Counted from the first letter of the stretch, positions 1-8,927 are shown. The stretch: 13,253 nucleotides of DNA from Planctomycetota bacterium (GCA_027001995.1 JALTLO010000204.1:32132-45384); one strand, 5' to 3'. The notes: generated by a model not told the origin, from the letters alone. Program-made: numbers and translations.

Positions 1-1997
1 GCCAAAGGATAAACCCGAAGATTCGGATTGTAGATTCCGTTGTTCGTCGCTCCATTGGCGATGGCATCCGTATCGAAAGCGCTATCGAATAGGAGAAAGA
101 AATTCTCCGCAAGTCCCAATGCTTCAGCATACATGACACTCGACCCACCTGGATCGGTGGCAGAAATGAAGCCATTTGACATGTTGATTGCGTTCAACAC
201 ATTGGGTCGGAAAATAATTGATTCCGTATTCAAGGAGGTCACTGGCATCATGCCAGTGGCCGCAGAAGCGGTCGTCGTGGCGGTGGTTACAGTCACCCCC
301 GCAATTGACAACAAATCTGGCATGACCCCCAAAGTCGGCGTGAAAACCGAGTTGTCCCAAACCAACCCTTGGACCATGGTCACCTCGTCACGAAGACGGA
401 TTTGATGTAACCCCATCGGCAAATCAGAAGCAGCCGCTGGAGGAACCGTCACTGTTAAGAGCGAAGATGAGGTGGCCAAGACACCAGTGATCGTCCTGGT
501 TGTAAAAGGCGCCCCAGCCTTGGGAATAAAGTCAACTGCGTAGGTATTACCCGGAATCAGGTTGACACAAACGAGATCAATGGTGCCCCCCTGTTGGACA
601 ATATTGATGCGATTGGCGTTGTTCACCGGCAAACCAGACACATTAAATCGAGTGACTGTAGGAGCGGGAGTTACAACAACATTCAGCAAATAGTTGCCAC
701 CGACAAAACCCGCGGCCGTGGCAGCGTTCACGGCGATGTTGTAGGTATCTGTCCACTTCGCTTGCCAGCGGATCCTGGCGTTGTTCATGGGACCTGAGTT
801 GTCGTCGGAAATCAGGTTGAAAGGACCTGTTGTGCCGAAAGCCGTCGGGTCTTCCCATACGAGGTTGTCCAAGTTGCTTCCCTGTTGAAGTGTCACAACA
901 GGGTCAAAACCATCTTGAGCCAATGGATTGAGAAGGCTGCCCAAGCCGTCCAAGATTTGTTGGGTTCCCAAATCGGTGCTGAAGACTTCAATGTCGATGA
1001 TATCACCAGCGTTCAGTTGGACGGTGTGGGTGTTGACTGCGGTGGCGTTCGCAACGCTCGACACAACACTGCCACGGAGACTACCGGGCACGGGCAAATT
1101 GGGGTCAAGGGTCAAAGCGATGGGTCCTGGTGTTCCTGTTGGAACAACCACTTGATCCGTGACAACAAAGTAGTCGTTGATGCCATCATCAGAAGGCAAA
1201 GAATTCCAAATGAAAATCGTCGCCGAAACGGTGCCGCTCAATGCATCTGAAGGCACAATCACTTCCTGATTCAAATTGGTGGACAAAAGTTGTCCCTGGG
1301 GAAAGATGATTTGCTCTCCCCCTTGGGCTTGCCCGGGAATGTCCATCTGGACAGTGCTTCCCGTCGCCCCAATCTGCGGAGTCATGCCACGAACAACAGG
1401 GGCGATGCCAAAGAGAATGGGATTCGAAAAAGAAATATTAAACGGAGCTGGAGCCAGAGCATCCACCACCAAAGTTTGGAAGGTCACACAAATGCCCAAA
1501 GCTGCCGGATCAACGGTGACGCCTAAGTTGAGGTTCACGATGTTGGTCGGCCCAGGAGTTGTGCCCAAGGGATCAGGGAATGGACGGGTTAAACCCAAGC
1601 CATCCACCAGGCCATAGAAATTCCCGGCGTTGTTGATGTCCAACCAAATGTCACCGTCCACAACGGTGGGAACTTGGATGGCTGTGGGCTGAACACCCAA
1701 GCTGTAGGCAATGGTGAAAGGGGATCCCGCGGGAACCCGGGTGTCAGAAAATTGAACAGCGATGGCCTCGCCCATATAGGCTTCGGCAACATTGTCCGAA
1801 TTCACCGCATCCGTTGAATTCGATCCGGTGATGAAATCCAAAATGGCGCTGTTGTTCAGCACAGCGCCCATGGGCGAACCCGTCAAGCCATCAAAGCCCG
1901 CTGGAGTCGGAGGACATATTTGCCCTTGGGATGATGTCGCCAAGAAAGCGACGAGAATAAGCACAAATGTACTCATTCGGGTGGTGATAGAAATCAT
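1..1997 (-). CDS. Large secreted/surface beta-rich protein with IPT/TIG-like and PPC-like segments; 3'-partial (at least 665 aa, runs off the left edge)
   Basis: Translated by hand; absent from the ORF track because no stop lies in the window. ATG at 1997, AGGAG 8 nt upstream (2006-2010), frame open to base 1. N-terminus MISITTRMSTFVLILVAFLATSSQG-Q resembles a Sec signal peptide. APVVRGMTPQIGATGSTVQMDIPG is TIG-like. HTVQLNAGDIIDIEV...FDPVVTL...ISDDNSGPMNNARIRW...DTYNIAV...GNYLLNV is PPC-like. Confidence 0.9.
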   Translation of the reverse strand, partial: MISITTRMSTFVLILVAFLATSSQGQICPPTPAGFDGLTGSPMGAVLNNSAILDFITGSNSTDAVNSDNVAEAYMGEAIAVQFSDTRVPAGSPFTIAYSLGVQPTAIQVPTVVDGDIWLDINNAGNFYGLVDGLGLTRPFPDPLGTTPGPTNIVNLNLGVTVDPAALGICVTFQTLVVDALAPAPFNISFSNPILFGIAPVVRGMTPQIGATGSTVQMDIPGQAQGGEQIIFPQGQLLSTNLNQEVIVPSDALSGTVSATIFIWNSLPSDDGINDYFVVTDQVVVPTGTPGPIALTLDPNLPVPGSLRGSVVSSVANATAVNTHTVQLNAGDIIDIEVFSTDLGTQQILDGLGSLLNPLAQDGFDPVVTLQQGSNLDNLVWEDPTAFGTTGPFNLISDDNSGPMNNARIRWQAKWTDTYNIAVNAATAAGFVGGNYLLNVVVTPAPTVTRFNVSGLPVNNANRINIVQQGGTIDLVCVNLIPGNTYAVDFIPKAGAPFTTRTITGVLATSSSLLTVTVPPAAASDLPMGLHQIRLRDEVTMVQGLVWDNSVFTPTLGVMPDLLSIAGVTVTTATTTASAATGMMPVTSLNTESIIFRPNVLNAINMSNGFISATDPGGSSVMYAEALGLAENFFLLFDSAFDTDAIANGATNNGIYNPNLRVYPL

Positions 1998-2005
1998 GAG
2001 AAATA

Positions 2006-2010
2006 CTCCT
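2006..2010 (-). promoter_or_regulatory. Shine-Dalgarno site of the surface protein gene
   Basis: Minus strand reads AGGAG-tatttctc-ATG (ATG at 1997). Confidence 0.75.
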
Positions 2011-2145
2011 GTTATGCGCACAGCACACTAGGTCAAAACTACCCCCTAGTTTGCAAGGGAAATCAAAACCAATTGTGAGAAGAATCGAGAATGCCAATCG
2101 TTAGGTGAATGAAGTGAGAAGTTTCGGGATATTTACCCCGGTTTC

Positions 2146-3102
2146 TTAGACAGATAGGACCCAACCGTAATAGGCCAAGAACCCCACAATCAGCAAGACC
2201 CCATCACCACGCCCCAAACTTCGTCCGCGGATCATGAGAGGGAGCATCAGCACACTCAAGACGATGAGGACAGGAATGTCTCTTTTTGCAACTTGCTCTG
2301 AGATCGCCAAATGTCCCATAGCCGAACCAACACCCAAGACAAAAGTGATGTTGTAAATGCATGAACCGACGATGTTGCCAATGGCAATTTCGGTGCGCTT
2401 GCGCAGGGCTGCCAAGATAGAAACAGCCAACTCTGGAGCACTGGTTCCGAGGGCTACAATGGTCAAGCCAATGAGATGCTCGCTCCATCCCCAAGCGAGG
2501 GCCAATCCCCTGGCCCCTTCGACGCAAAGCACGCCGCCATAGTGAAGGCAAGTCACCCCGCCAACGACGAATAGGACATCCAAATGAAGAGGTCGATGAG
2601 CCGGTTGAAATTCTTCGACCACATCAGTGACTTGTCTTGCCAGCCTCTTGGCACTGGGGTCCCCCACTCGAAACATGAGCGCCCCAACAAAAAGAGCGCA
2701 CAGACCCAGTAAAATCCAACCTTCGCGGGGAGCAATGACACCATTCCCGGCCATACCAGCCAAGACCAAAGTGACAAGGATCATAAAGGGATGTTCAAGT
2801 TTGAGGGTCCGACTCTTAATATCGACAGGAAAAATCACCGCCGAAAGACCCAAAATCGCTCCCAAATTGAAGATATTGGAGCCGACAATACCGCCGATAG
2901 CCAGATTCCCTGTCCCGCTCCACTGATCTTGCACAGTGATCATCAATTCTGGAAGGGAGGTACCCAAAGCCACAATGGTCAAACCAGCGGTGGTGGGGGA
3001 TATTCTCAGGCGCATGGCCAAGGAAACCGCTCCTCGAACGAGGATCTCGGCACCCAAGAGAAGGAGAATCAACCCACCAATGACGGAAATCCAGTTTTCC
3101 AT
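2146..3102 (-). CDS. yrbG: Calcium/sodium antiporter (CaCA family, YrbG-like)
   Basis: Two homologous halves carrying alpha repeats GLTIVALGTSLPEL...GSNIFN and GLTIVALGTSAPEL...GSCIYN, with about 10 hydrophobic segments. The ORF-track start (3228) overlaps the tRNA, so the likely start is ATG 3102 (MENWISV) or 3117. Confidence 0.92.
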   Translation of the reverse strand: MENWISVIGGLILLLLGAEILVRGAVSLAMRLRISPTTAGLTIVALGTSLPELMITVQDQWSGTGNLAIGGIVGSNIFNLGAILGLSAVIFPVDIKSRTLKLEHPFMILVTLVLAGMAGNGVIAPREGWILLGLCALFVGALMFRVGDPSAKRLARQVTDVVEEFQPAHRPLHLDVLFVVGGVTCLHYGGVLCVEGARGLALAWGWSEHLIGLTIVALGTSAPELAVSILAALRKRTEIAIGNIVGSCIYNITFVLGVGSAMGHLAISEQVAKRDIPVLIVLSVLMLPLMIRGRSLGRGDGVLLIVGFLAYYGWVLSV

Positions 3103-3139
3103 GGATACAGAGTCCATTCCGTGAGGGGGCTCAAAAAAG

Positions 3140-3210
3140 AGGTGGCGCCCGGAATCGAACCGGGTTACACGGATTTGCAATCCGTTGCCTAACCGTTCGG
3201 CCACGCCACC
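3140..3210 (-). tRNA. tRNA-Cys (anticodon GCA), CCA not encoded
   Basis: Minus strand folds as GGTGGCG-TG-GCCG-AACGGTT-AGGC-A-ACGGA-TTGCAAA-TCCGT-GTAA-CCCGG-TTCGATT-CCGGG-CGCCACC-T: 7-bp acceptor stem, GCA anticodon, TTCGA T-loop and U73 discriminator typical of tRNA-Cys. Confidence 0.97.
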
Positions 3211-3252
3211 TTGCACCCAGAAATCCAAAACCTAAGTTTCAACTCCCCGGGC

Positions 3253-3287
3253 GTGGCGCATTATAGGGCGGGACTTGCTGCCATCAA
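3253..3287 (-). promoter_or_regulatory. Sigma70-type stable-RNA promoter for tRNA-Cys (and probably the antiporter)
   Basis: TTGATG (3287-3282) - 16 nt - TATAAT (3265-3260) - GC-rich discriminator GCGCCAC, about 45 nt upstream of the tRNA. Confidence 0.8.
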
Positions 3288-3630
3288 GGCTGATACTGGC
3301 CGGATTTATCGCCAATCACCACGCCCCAGAAGCCGTCCTGCCCCTTGACTTCACTGTTCCAGGGGGCTCAAGGGGATTTTCGAGTCCTTTCAACCCTCAT
3401 TTTTCGCCGTCTGAAGGCTCTCGGGCTTTCCCATGGGCTCAATTTCGAGGGCAGTCGTCACAGAAGACCTATTAAGAAAGAAGATCTGTTTTATTCGCTC
3501 TTTCCCGGTCGCCATCATTGTTATCTTGATGCTAAGTTGCCCCCTGTTGCTCCGACTTTCGGTGAAAACCCGAATTTCTCAGCAGAAAAGGCCCTTTCTC
3601 AGTCCCGTAGTCCCGTTAAGATCGCGAACC

Positions 3631-5256
3631 ATGGAAAGAGAACAGTTTTCAGTAGATGTGTTGTTTGTGGGAGCTGGCCCAGCCAACTTGGCTGCCGCTT
3701 ACCGCTTGGCCAAGAACCTTCAGGAACAAGGCCGCGAAGCCGAAATTGCCATAATTGAGAAGGGCCAAGAAGTTGGTGCCCACATTCTCTCCGGTGGCAT
3801 TATGGATCCGCGTGCCATCGAGGAACTCCTCGGCCCAGATTGGAAAAACGACTGCCCCATCGATTCGACGGTGAACGGCGAGCGAATTTTCTTTCTCACC
3901 GAGAATTTTGCCCTCCCATTCCCTGCGGTTCCCCCCACCCTTCATGCAAAAGGCTGCTACGTTGTCAGCCTTTCCAAGATTTGCGCCTGGCTCAAAGAGA
4001 AGGTCGAAGAATTGGGAGTCATGGTTTGTGAGGGTTTCCCCGGCCACGAGATTCTCTACGAAGAAGATCGTGTCATAGGTGTTCGCACCATGGATATGGG
4101 CCTGGACCAGGACGGAAATCCTGGGGCCAGCTTCCAGCCAGGTACAGACATTTTCGCCAAAGCCGTTGTTTTCGGTGAAGGAAGTCGGGGCTCTTTGACC
4201 AAGAGCTTGGTGGAGAAGTTTGGTCTCGAAGGCGAAAATCCCCAAGTCTATGGCACCGGAATCAAAGAGATCTGGGACATACCCAAGGGCCGCGTCTTTG
4301 CTGGTGAAGTCTGGCATACCGCTGGTTGGCCCCTCAACAATGACCAGTATGGCGGTTCTTGGATGTACGCCATGTCGGACACAAGGGTTTCCCTTGGTTT
4401 CGTGTCGGCATTGGACACGGGGGATCCTGTTTTCGATCCCCACAGTGTCATGCAAAACTGGAAGTCCCACCCCAAGTTCAAGGGGTTGCTTGAAGGCGGC
4501 ACCTTGGTGAAAGCCGGGGCCAAGACCATCCCAGAAGGTGGTTACTGGTCCCGCCCCAAGTCATACGGGGCAGGCTTCCTCATCATTGGGGACAGTGGCA
4601 GCTTACTGAATATCTCTCGACTCAAAGGCATTCACACCGCGATGAAGTCGGGTATGTTGGCCGCAGACGTCCTTTTGGACGCCATCGCTGTCGATCGCTT
4701 CGATGAAGCCCAATTGGCTTCTTACGAGAATCTATTCCGTCAAAGCTGGCTCTTCAAAGAACTCTACGAGACACGAAACTGGCGAGCTTATTTCCACAAC
4801 GGTTTCTGGGTTGGTGGCATCTTAGGAACTTTGGCGAAAGCTCTGGGGGGCAAGATCTTCAAAGATCGTGTGCCTATGAAACCAGACTACCAAACCATGA
4901 CCCCTGCTCATTGGACGGGGCCAGAGGAAAACTTCGATGGCAAGCTAACCTTCGACAAGGTCACAGCGGTCTACAATGCTGGGGCTATCCACGAAGAACA
5001 TCAGCCAAGTCATTTGAAGATTTCCGATACCAACATTTGCGCCACCACCTGTGCTGAAGAATTTGGCAACCCTTGCCAATCCTTCTGCCCGGCTTCTGTC
5101 TACGAGATGGTAGACAATGGCAATGGTGCCAAGAGTATGCAGATCAACTTCTCCAACTGTGTTCACTGCAAGACCTGCGACGTAATGGACCCATACCAAG
5201 CGATCACTTGGACTGTCCCTTCCGACGCTGGTGGGCCTAAGTACATGGGTATGTAG
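3631..5256 (+). CDS. etfD: Electron transfer flavoprotein-quinone oxidoreductase (FAD plus C-terminal 4Fe-4S)
   Basis: Rossmann motif DVLFVGAGPA, IEKGQEVGAHILSG, KTIPEGG, IGDSG...KGIHTAMKSGMLAA and C-terminal CQSFCPASVYE...NCVHCKTCD. Start taken at ATG 3631 (MEREQFSVDV); the 66 upstream codons in the ORF track do not resemble the family. Confidence 0.93.
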   Translation: MEREQFSVDVLFVGAGPANLAAAYRLAKNLQEQGREAEIAIIEKGQEVGAHILSGGIMDPRAIEELLGPDWKNDCPIDSTVNGERIFFLTENFALPFPAVPPTLHAKGCYVVSLSKICAWLKEKVEELGVMVCEGFPGHEILYEEDRVIGVRTMDMGLDQDGNPGASFQPGTDIFAKAVVFGEGSRGSLTKSLVEKFGLEGENPQVYGTGIKEIWDIPKGRVFAGEVWHTAGWPLNNDQYGGSWMYAMSDTRVSLGFVSALDTGDPVFDPHSVMQNWKSHPKFKGLLEGGTLVKAGAKTIPEGGYWSRPKSYGAGFLIIGDSGSLLNISRLKGIHTAMKSGMLAADVLLDAIAVDRFDEAQLASYENLFRQSWLFKELYETRNWRAYFHNGFWVGGILGTLAKALGGKIFKDRVPMKPDYQTMTPAHWTGPEENFDGKLTFDKVTAVYNAGAIHEEHQPSHLKISDTNICATTCAEEFGNPCQSFCPASVYEMVDNGNGAKSMQINFSNCVHCKTCDVMDPYQAITWTVPSDAGGPKYMGM

Positions 5257-5283
5257 GTCTGAAGCTCAAAGACAATTGATGAC

Positions 5284-5325
5284 AAGCAGAGCTGGCGAAA
5301 AAGACGCTGGCTCTGCTTTTTCTTT
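5284..5325 (+). terminator. Intrinsic terminator after ETF-QO
   Basis: AAGCAGAGC-TGGCG-aaaaaga-CGCTG-GCTCTGCTT hairpin (two G-U pairs on the + strand) followed by a T-rich tract, between convergent genes. Confidence 0.8.
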
Positions 5326-5362
5326 GTTGCGGTGGACACCTTGGCAAACTTGATTTTCTGGC

Positions 5363-7963
5363 TTATCGTTTTCGGCCACCCATGGACCACCAAGCTCGCC
5401 ATTCATCTCGGGTGCCATAGTCGATTTTGAATTGCCCCAGCAAGAAACTCCTGACGTCGGGTCCATACCACGGGTCTTCCACAGTTCGAAACAAAAGATC
5501 GCAAGCTTTATCATCCATATGGCCGAGGCGAATGAGCGTCTTGGCTGCAGCCACTGCCACAGCTCGATCCCGATCTTCGACACCAAACCGCAAAGCTGGC
5601 AAAAGATTGTCTTCCTGGTGATGAGCCAGAGCATCAAAAGCAGCTTCTCGCACGAAAGGATGCTTATCGCGGGACAACACCAAAAGTCCTCCCCGAGCCA
5701 CCGCATCTTGCCCCATAGATCCCAAGCACCGAGCTAACTGCAAACGTACCATGGCATCAGGGTCCCGCACCAAAACCAAAAGCTGTTTGGTCAAGGAGCT
5801 GGTCTCGAGGGGGACCAATGCTCTCAATGCCCCTTCACGAACTCGCGCCTGATCAGCCCCCAAAAATCGGCCGATCAAGGGGAGCAGCTTTTGATCTGAA
5901 CCGTAAGCCAAGTATTCAAGCAAAGTCTCCGGTCGCGCTGCTTGAGAGTCAAAGAGCGCCTCCGTAACCAACTCTTTGAGTTCACCTCCCAAACACCGCT
6001 CAAAGAGAGCCATGTAGACGTACATCCGGGTGGCATCCAAGAATGGCGACCGCAAAAGAACAACGATGTCTTCTTTCGGTATGGAAACCCCACGTTCCCA
6101 ACACAGCTCCACCAATTGAAAGGTCGCTCGGGGATCGCCCTTGCCAACGATGCTCCGGGCAACTTCATGGGCCTTCTCTGTTCCGATGTCAAAGAGACGC
6201 TCCAAGGTCTGCATCCGCCGATCCACTTCAATCTCTAAGCTTCTTTGGAACCATGCTGGCCCACTGGGTCGCCCTTGGCGAAAGAATTGAGTCCCAATGT
6301 CCATGGCAACTGGTGAGGTCAACGAAGACAAGGCGCCTTCTATCAAAGGAATAAACAATGGTTGAGGAGATCGAGACATCGCCAAGTAGATGGCATCCAT
6401 TTGATCGACGGTCAATGTCTGATCATAGGTACGTTTGGCCAGTTCGCGCTCCGCCAAACGCTGAGTAAACAAAGGGCTCTCCGTGGACGTCACCCCAAAA
6501 GCTGGGGAAACCAACACAGATTTCATTTCCTCCCCACTTCTCCCCCCATTCTCGAGCCAAGTAAGAAGGGATTGTTGACTTTCAGCAAAGTCGGGCCAGA
6601 CTTCTTGCCACACGCGCCCCCATGCTTGCCTATCTTGTTCAGAGCCAACACAAGTCAGAATGAGTGTCTCCATGGCCACGGCTCGAAGAACGTCGTTTTT
6701 TTTTCCTTCTGCCCAAGGAACGATGCTATTGCGGAGGGTCGAAGACAAAGCCGAATCCTTCAAGACCATAGCGACTGCTGTGGCAATGCTCTTTTCCAAG
6801 TCCTCAAACACAGCAGCCTCCAAATCGGAAGGATAGGCTTTTTTTTCTCCTCTCTGGATGGCAATAGCCGTCAGCAGAGCACTCCGCCTCTTGGGAGCCA
6901 AAAGTGCAGCCCGGGCTTCTTGGGCAACGATTTTGTCTTCTGCGTCGATCAACTCAAAGAACGCCTTCATGGGCACTTGCCCCAAAGGCCGAGCCTCCAA
7001 GACTCGCAAACGAGCCCGCCCCAGAACACCTTTGTCCAACTTCACATCCAGAAGATCAATTCCTTCGTCCTGGCTTTTCTTCACTAAAAGTCGCCCCATC
7101 GCCTCCACCACCCCTGCGGTTTGGGGCAAACCAGACCGCCCCCGTTCCACAGCCCGTGCCCATGTCCAGGAAGACGACGCACGCGCAAAGTGAATCGCTC
7201 CAACAGCAACAGCCTCATCTGTCATCAAAGCAGCCAGAACCTCAGCGATGGCATCGTCCTTCGACAACATGGCCCCCAAGACCGCCGGAGTTAGTTGAGG
7301 ATTCGCTTCTAATTTCTGGCCCAGCCAGCTTTCTAAAGTTGGACTTTTTCGTCGACACACCAAGCGGGCAAATTCAATTTCGTGCTCCCAAAAATAGGCA
7401 CTTTCGTCTCCGGGTATTTTGATAGTCCCAGGAATTTTCTCTTGGAGTTTCTCCGCCCCCAGCTTCTTAAGTTTTTCGCCCATTTCCTTCAGGGACGATT
7501 TCAGAGTCGAAATCTGAGATTGCAACTTTGTCTCCTGAGCTGCCATTTTTCTGACCTTGGCTTCTTCAGCTCCCAGTTTCTTCCGCAGCTCCCCCTGCAA
7601 ACGAGCCGCCGCCTTCATGCCCACTTGCTGATCACTTAAACGCTTCTCCAGACGGGCTGACTCTTTCTTCAGTTTCTCGACCTCCACCGTGGCTTGCCGG
7701 AGTCTCTCTTGCAGGCTTTCAAACTCACTTTCGCTGACCACCGATTCCTCGACCACGAGTGGTTTGGCTGCGTTCTTGAGTTTCTTGTTTGCAGCATTGA
7801 GCTTTTGGGCCAGGATTTCTTTGGCCATGGCTGCTTCTCGGAGGGCAACCTTGTGATCTTTGGCTCCTTGGCTCATCTGAACCCACATCACCCCCAATCC
7901 ACCCAAACAGACAAGGAGAAGAAGGCCAAGCACGACGGTAAATGACTTGCTGTTTTCAGACAT
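5363..7963 (-). CDS. Membrane-anchored coiled-coil and HEAT-repeat protein (~866 aa)
   Basis: N-terminal hydrophobic helix (FTVVLGLLLLVCLGGLGVMWV), a ~150-aa K/E/L/Q-rich coiled coil, then HEAT-like repeats (D-x-x-x-x-VR-x-x-A: DQARVREGAL, DPDAMVRLQLA, DKHPFVREAA, DRDRAVAVAAA). Start set at ATG 7963 because a promoter overlaps the 8023 ATG. Confidence 0.85.
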   Translation of the reverse strand: MSENSKSFTVVLGLLLLVCLGGLGVMWVQMSQGAKDHKVALREAAMAKEILAQKLNAANKKLKNAAKPLVVEESVVSESEFESLQERLRQATVEVEKLKKESARLEKRLSDQQVGMKAAARLQGELRKKLGAEEAKVRKMAAQETKLQSQISTLKSSLKEMGEKLKKLGAEKLQEKIPGTIKIPGDESAYFWEHEIEFARLVCRRKSPTLESWLGQKLEANPQLTPAVLGAMLSKDDAIAEVLAALMTDEAVAVGAIHFARASSSWTWARAVERGRSGLPQTAGVVEAMGRLLVKKSQDEGIDLLDVKLDKGVLGRARLRVLEARPLGQVPMKAFFELIDAEDKIVAQEARAALLAPKRRSALLTAIAIQRGEKKAYPSDLEAAVFEDLEKSIATAVAMVLKDSALSSTLRNSIVPWAEGKKNDVLRAVAMETLILTCVGSEQDRQAWGRVWQEVWPDFAESQQSLLTWLENGGRSGEEMKSVLVSPAFGVTSTESPLFTQRLAERELAKRTYDQTLTVDQMDAIYLAMSRSPQPLFIPLIEGALSSLTSPVAMDIGTQFFRQGRPSGPAWFQRSLEIEVDRRMQTLERLFDIGTEKAHEVARSIVGKGDPRATFQLVELCWERGVSIPKEDIVVLLRSPFLDATRMYVYMALFERCLGGELKELVTEALFDSQAARPETLLEYLAYGSDQKLLPLIGRFLGADQARVREGALRALVPLETSSLTKQLLVLVRDPDAMVRLQLARCLGSMGQDAVARGGLLVLSRDKHPFVREAAFDALAHHQEDNLLPALRFGVEDRDRAVAVAAAKTLIRLGHMDDKACDLLFRTVEDPWYGPDVRSFLLGQFKIDYGTRDEWRAWWSMGGRKR

Positions 7964-7999
7964 GATATTTCGCTCTTTTCTCAAATCTTCGGACGGCCG

Positions 8000-8028
8000 A
8001 TAGTATCCCTTGGCTCGGGCCATGTAAA
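8000..8028 (-). promoter_or_regulatory. Sigma70-like promoter for the HEAT-repeat gene
   Basis: TTTACA (8028-8023) - 17 nt - TACTAT (8005-8000), near consensus with optimal spacing. Confidence 0.6.
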
Positions 8029-8081
8029 CGCCTCATGTTCTCCCCTGTTTCTTCTCGTGGGCGCTTCCGCTATCATGGGCT

Positions 8082-8846
8082 ATGATTGACAGCCACACCC
8101 ACCTCTATTGGAAGAAGTTCGACGACGACCGAGACCAAGTCTTGGCCCGTGCTCGGGATGCCGGGGTCGAAGCTCTCTTAGTTATTGGCATTGATGTAGA
8201 AACCTGCCAACAAGCCATCGAATTGGCAGAATCAGATCCAACCATTTTTGCCACCGCTGGGTTTCACCCCTGCGACCTCAAGGACATCACTGAAGACGAC
8301 TGGATTACCTTAGATGGTTTCCTAAAACACAAATCTGTGGTGGCTGTGGGAGAAACGGGCCTCGACTACTACTGGGAGACAGACTCCATAGACACCCAAA
8401 AAGAGGCTTTGGAGCGGCATTTCGCTCTGGCAAGAAAGCACGACTTACCATTGGTGATTCACACCCGAGATTCCATCGATGATTTTCTTAAAATTCTGGG
8501 AGATGAAGCGCCAGGACTGAGAGGTGTCATGCACTGTTTCTCTGGCGATACTGCCCAAATGGAAGAAACGATAGCCTTAGGTTTTGATGTTTCCTTTGCT
8601 GGGCCTTTGACCTACAAGAAGTCCGCAGCACTCAGAGAGGCCTGCCAAGCCGTCCCCGCAGACCGTTTTCACATTGAAACTGATTCACCATTCCTGCCAC
8701 CTCAATCGAAGCGGGGCAAAAGAAACGAGCCGGCTTTGGTCCGAGAAGTAGCTGAGAAGGTCGCTGAGCTACGAGGTTGGACTCTCAAAGAAACCATGGA
8801 ACAGACCGCTACCAATACCCGGCGTTTGTTTGGCTTGCCGAGGTAA
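8082..8846 (+). CDS. tatD: TatD family metal-dependent hydrolase/DNase
   Basis: Motifs IDSHTHL, GFHP, AVGETGLDYY, PLVIHTRD, GVMHCFSG, IETDSPFL and RGKRNEPA. Confidence 0.96.
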   Translation: MIDSHTHLYWKKFDDDRDQVLARARDAGVEALLVIGIDVETCQQAIELAESDPTIFATAGFHPCDLKDITEDDWITLDGFLKHKSVVAVGETGLDYYWETDSIDTQKEALERHFALARKHDLPLVIHTRDSIDDFLKILGDEAPGLRGVMHCFSGDTAQMEETIALGFDVSFAGPLTYKKSAALREACQAVPADRFHIETDSPFLPPQSKRGKRNEPALVREVAEKVAELRGWTLKETMEQTATNTRRLFGLPR

Positions 8847-8880
8847 AAAGCACTGGGATTTCTCTCTGCATAATCGACCA

Positions 8881-8927
8881 AGAAAACTACGCGCCTTTTT
8901 TTGACAAAGGCGCGTAGTCTTATTTTT
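8881..8927. terminator. Bidirectional intrinsic terminator between tatD and the pilin gene
   Basis: Perfect 13-bp stem ACTACGCGCCTTT (8886-8898) / AAAGGCGCGTAGT (8906-8918), with T-rich tails on both strands, between convergent genes. Confidence 0.85.

Noticed and set aside
3140..3180. tRNA-Cys as an integration site
   Set aside because: No integrase and no duplicated tRNA 3' end were seen, and the flanks are ordinary chromosomal genes.
3103..3228. N-terminal extension of the antiporter ORF
   Set aside because: It reads through the tRNA-Cys gene and has no family resemblance.
3433..3630. 66-aa N-terminal extension of ETF-QO
   Set aside because: Family similarity starts at Met 3631; the extension is most likely a chance open frame.
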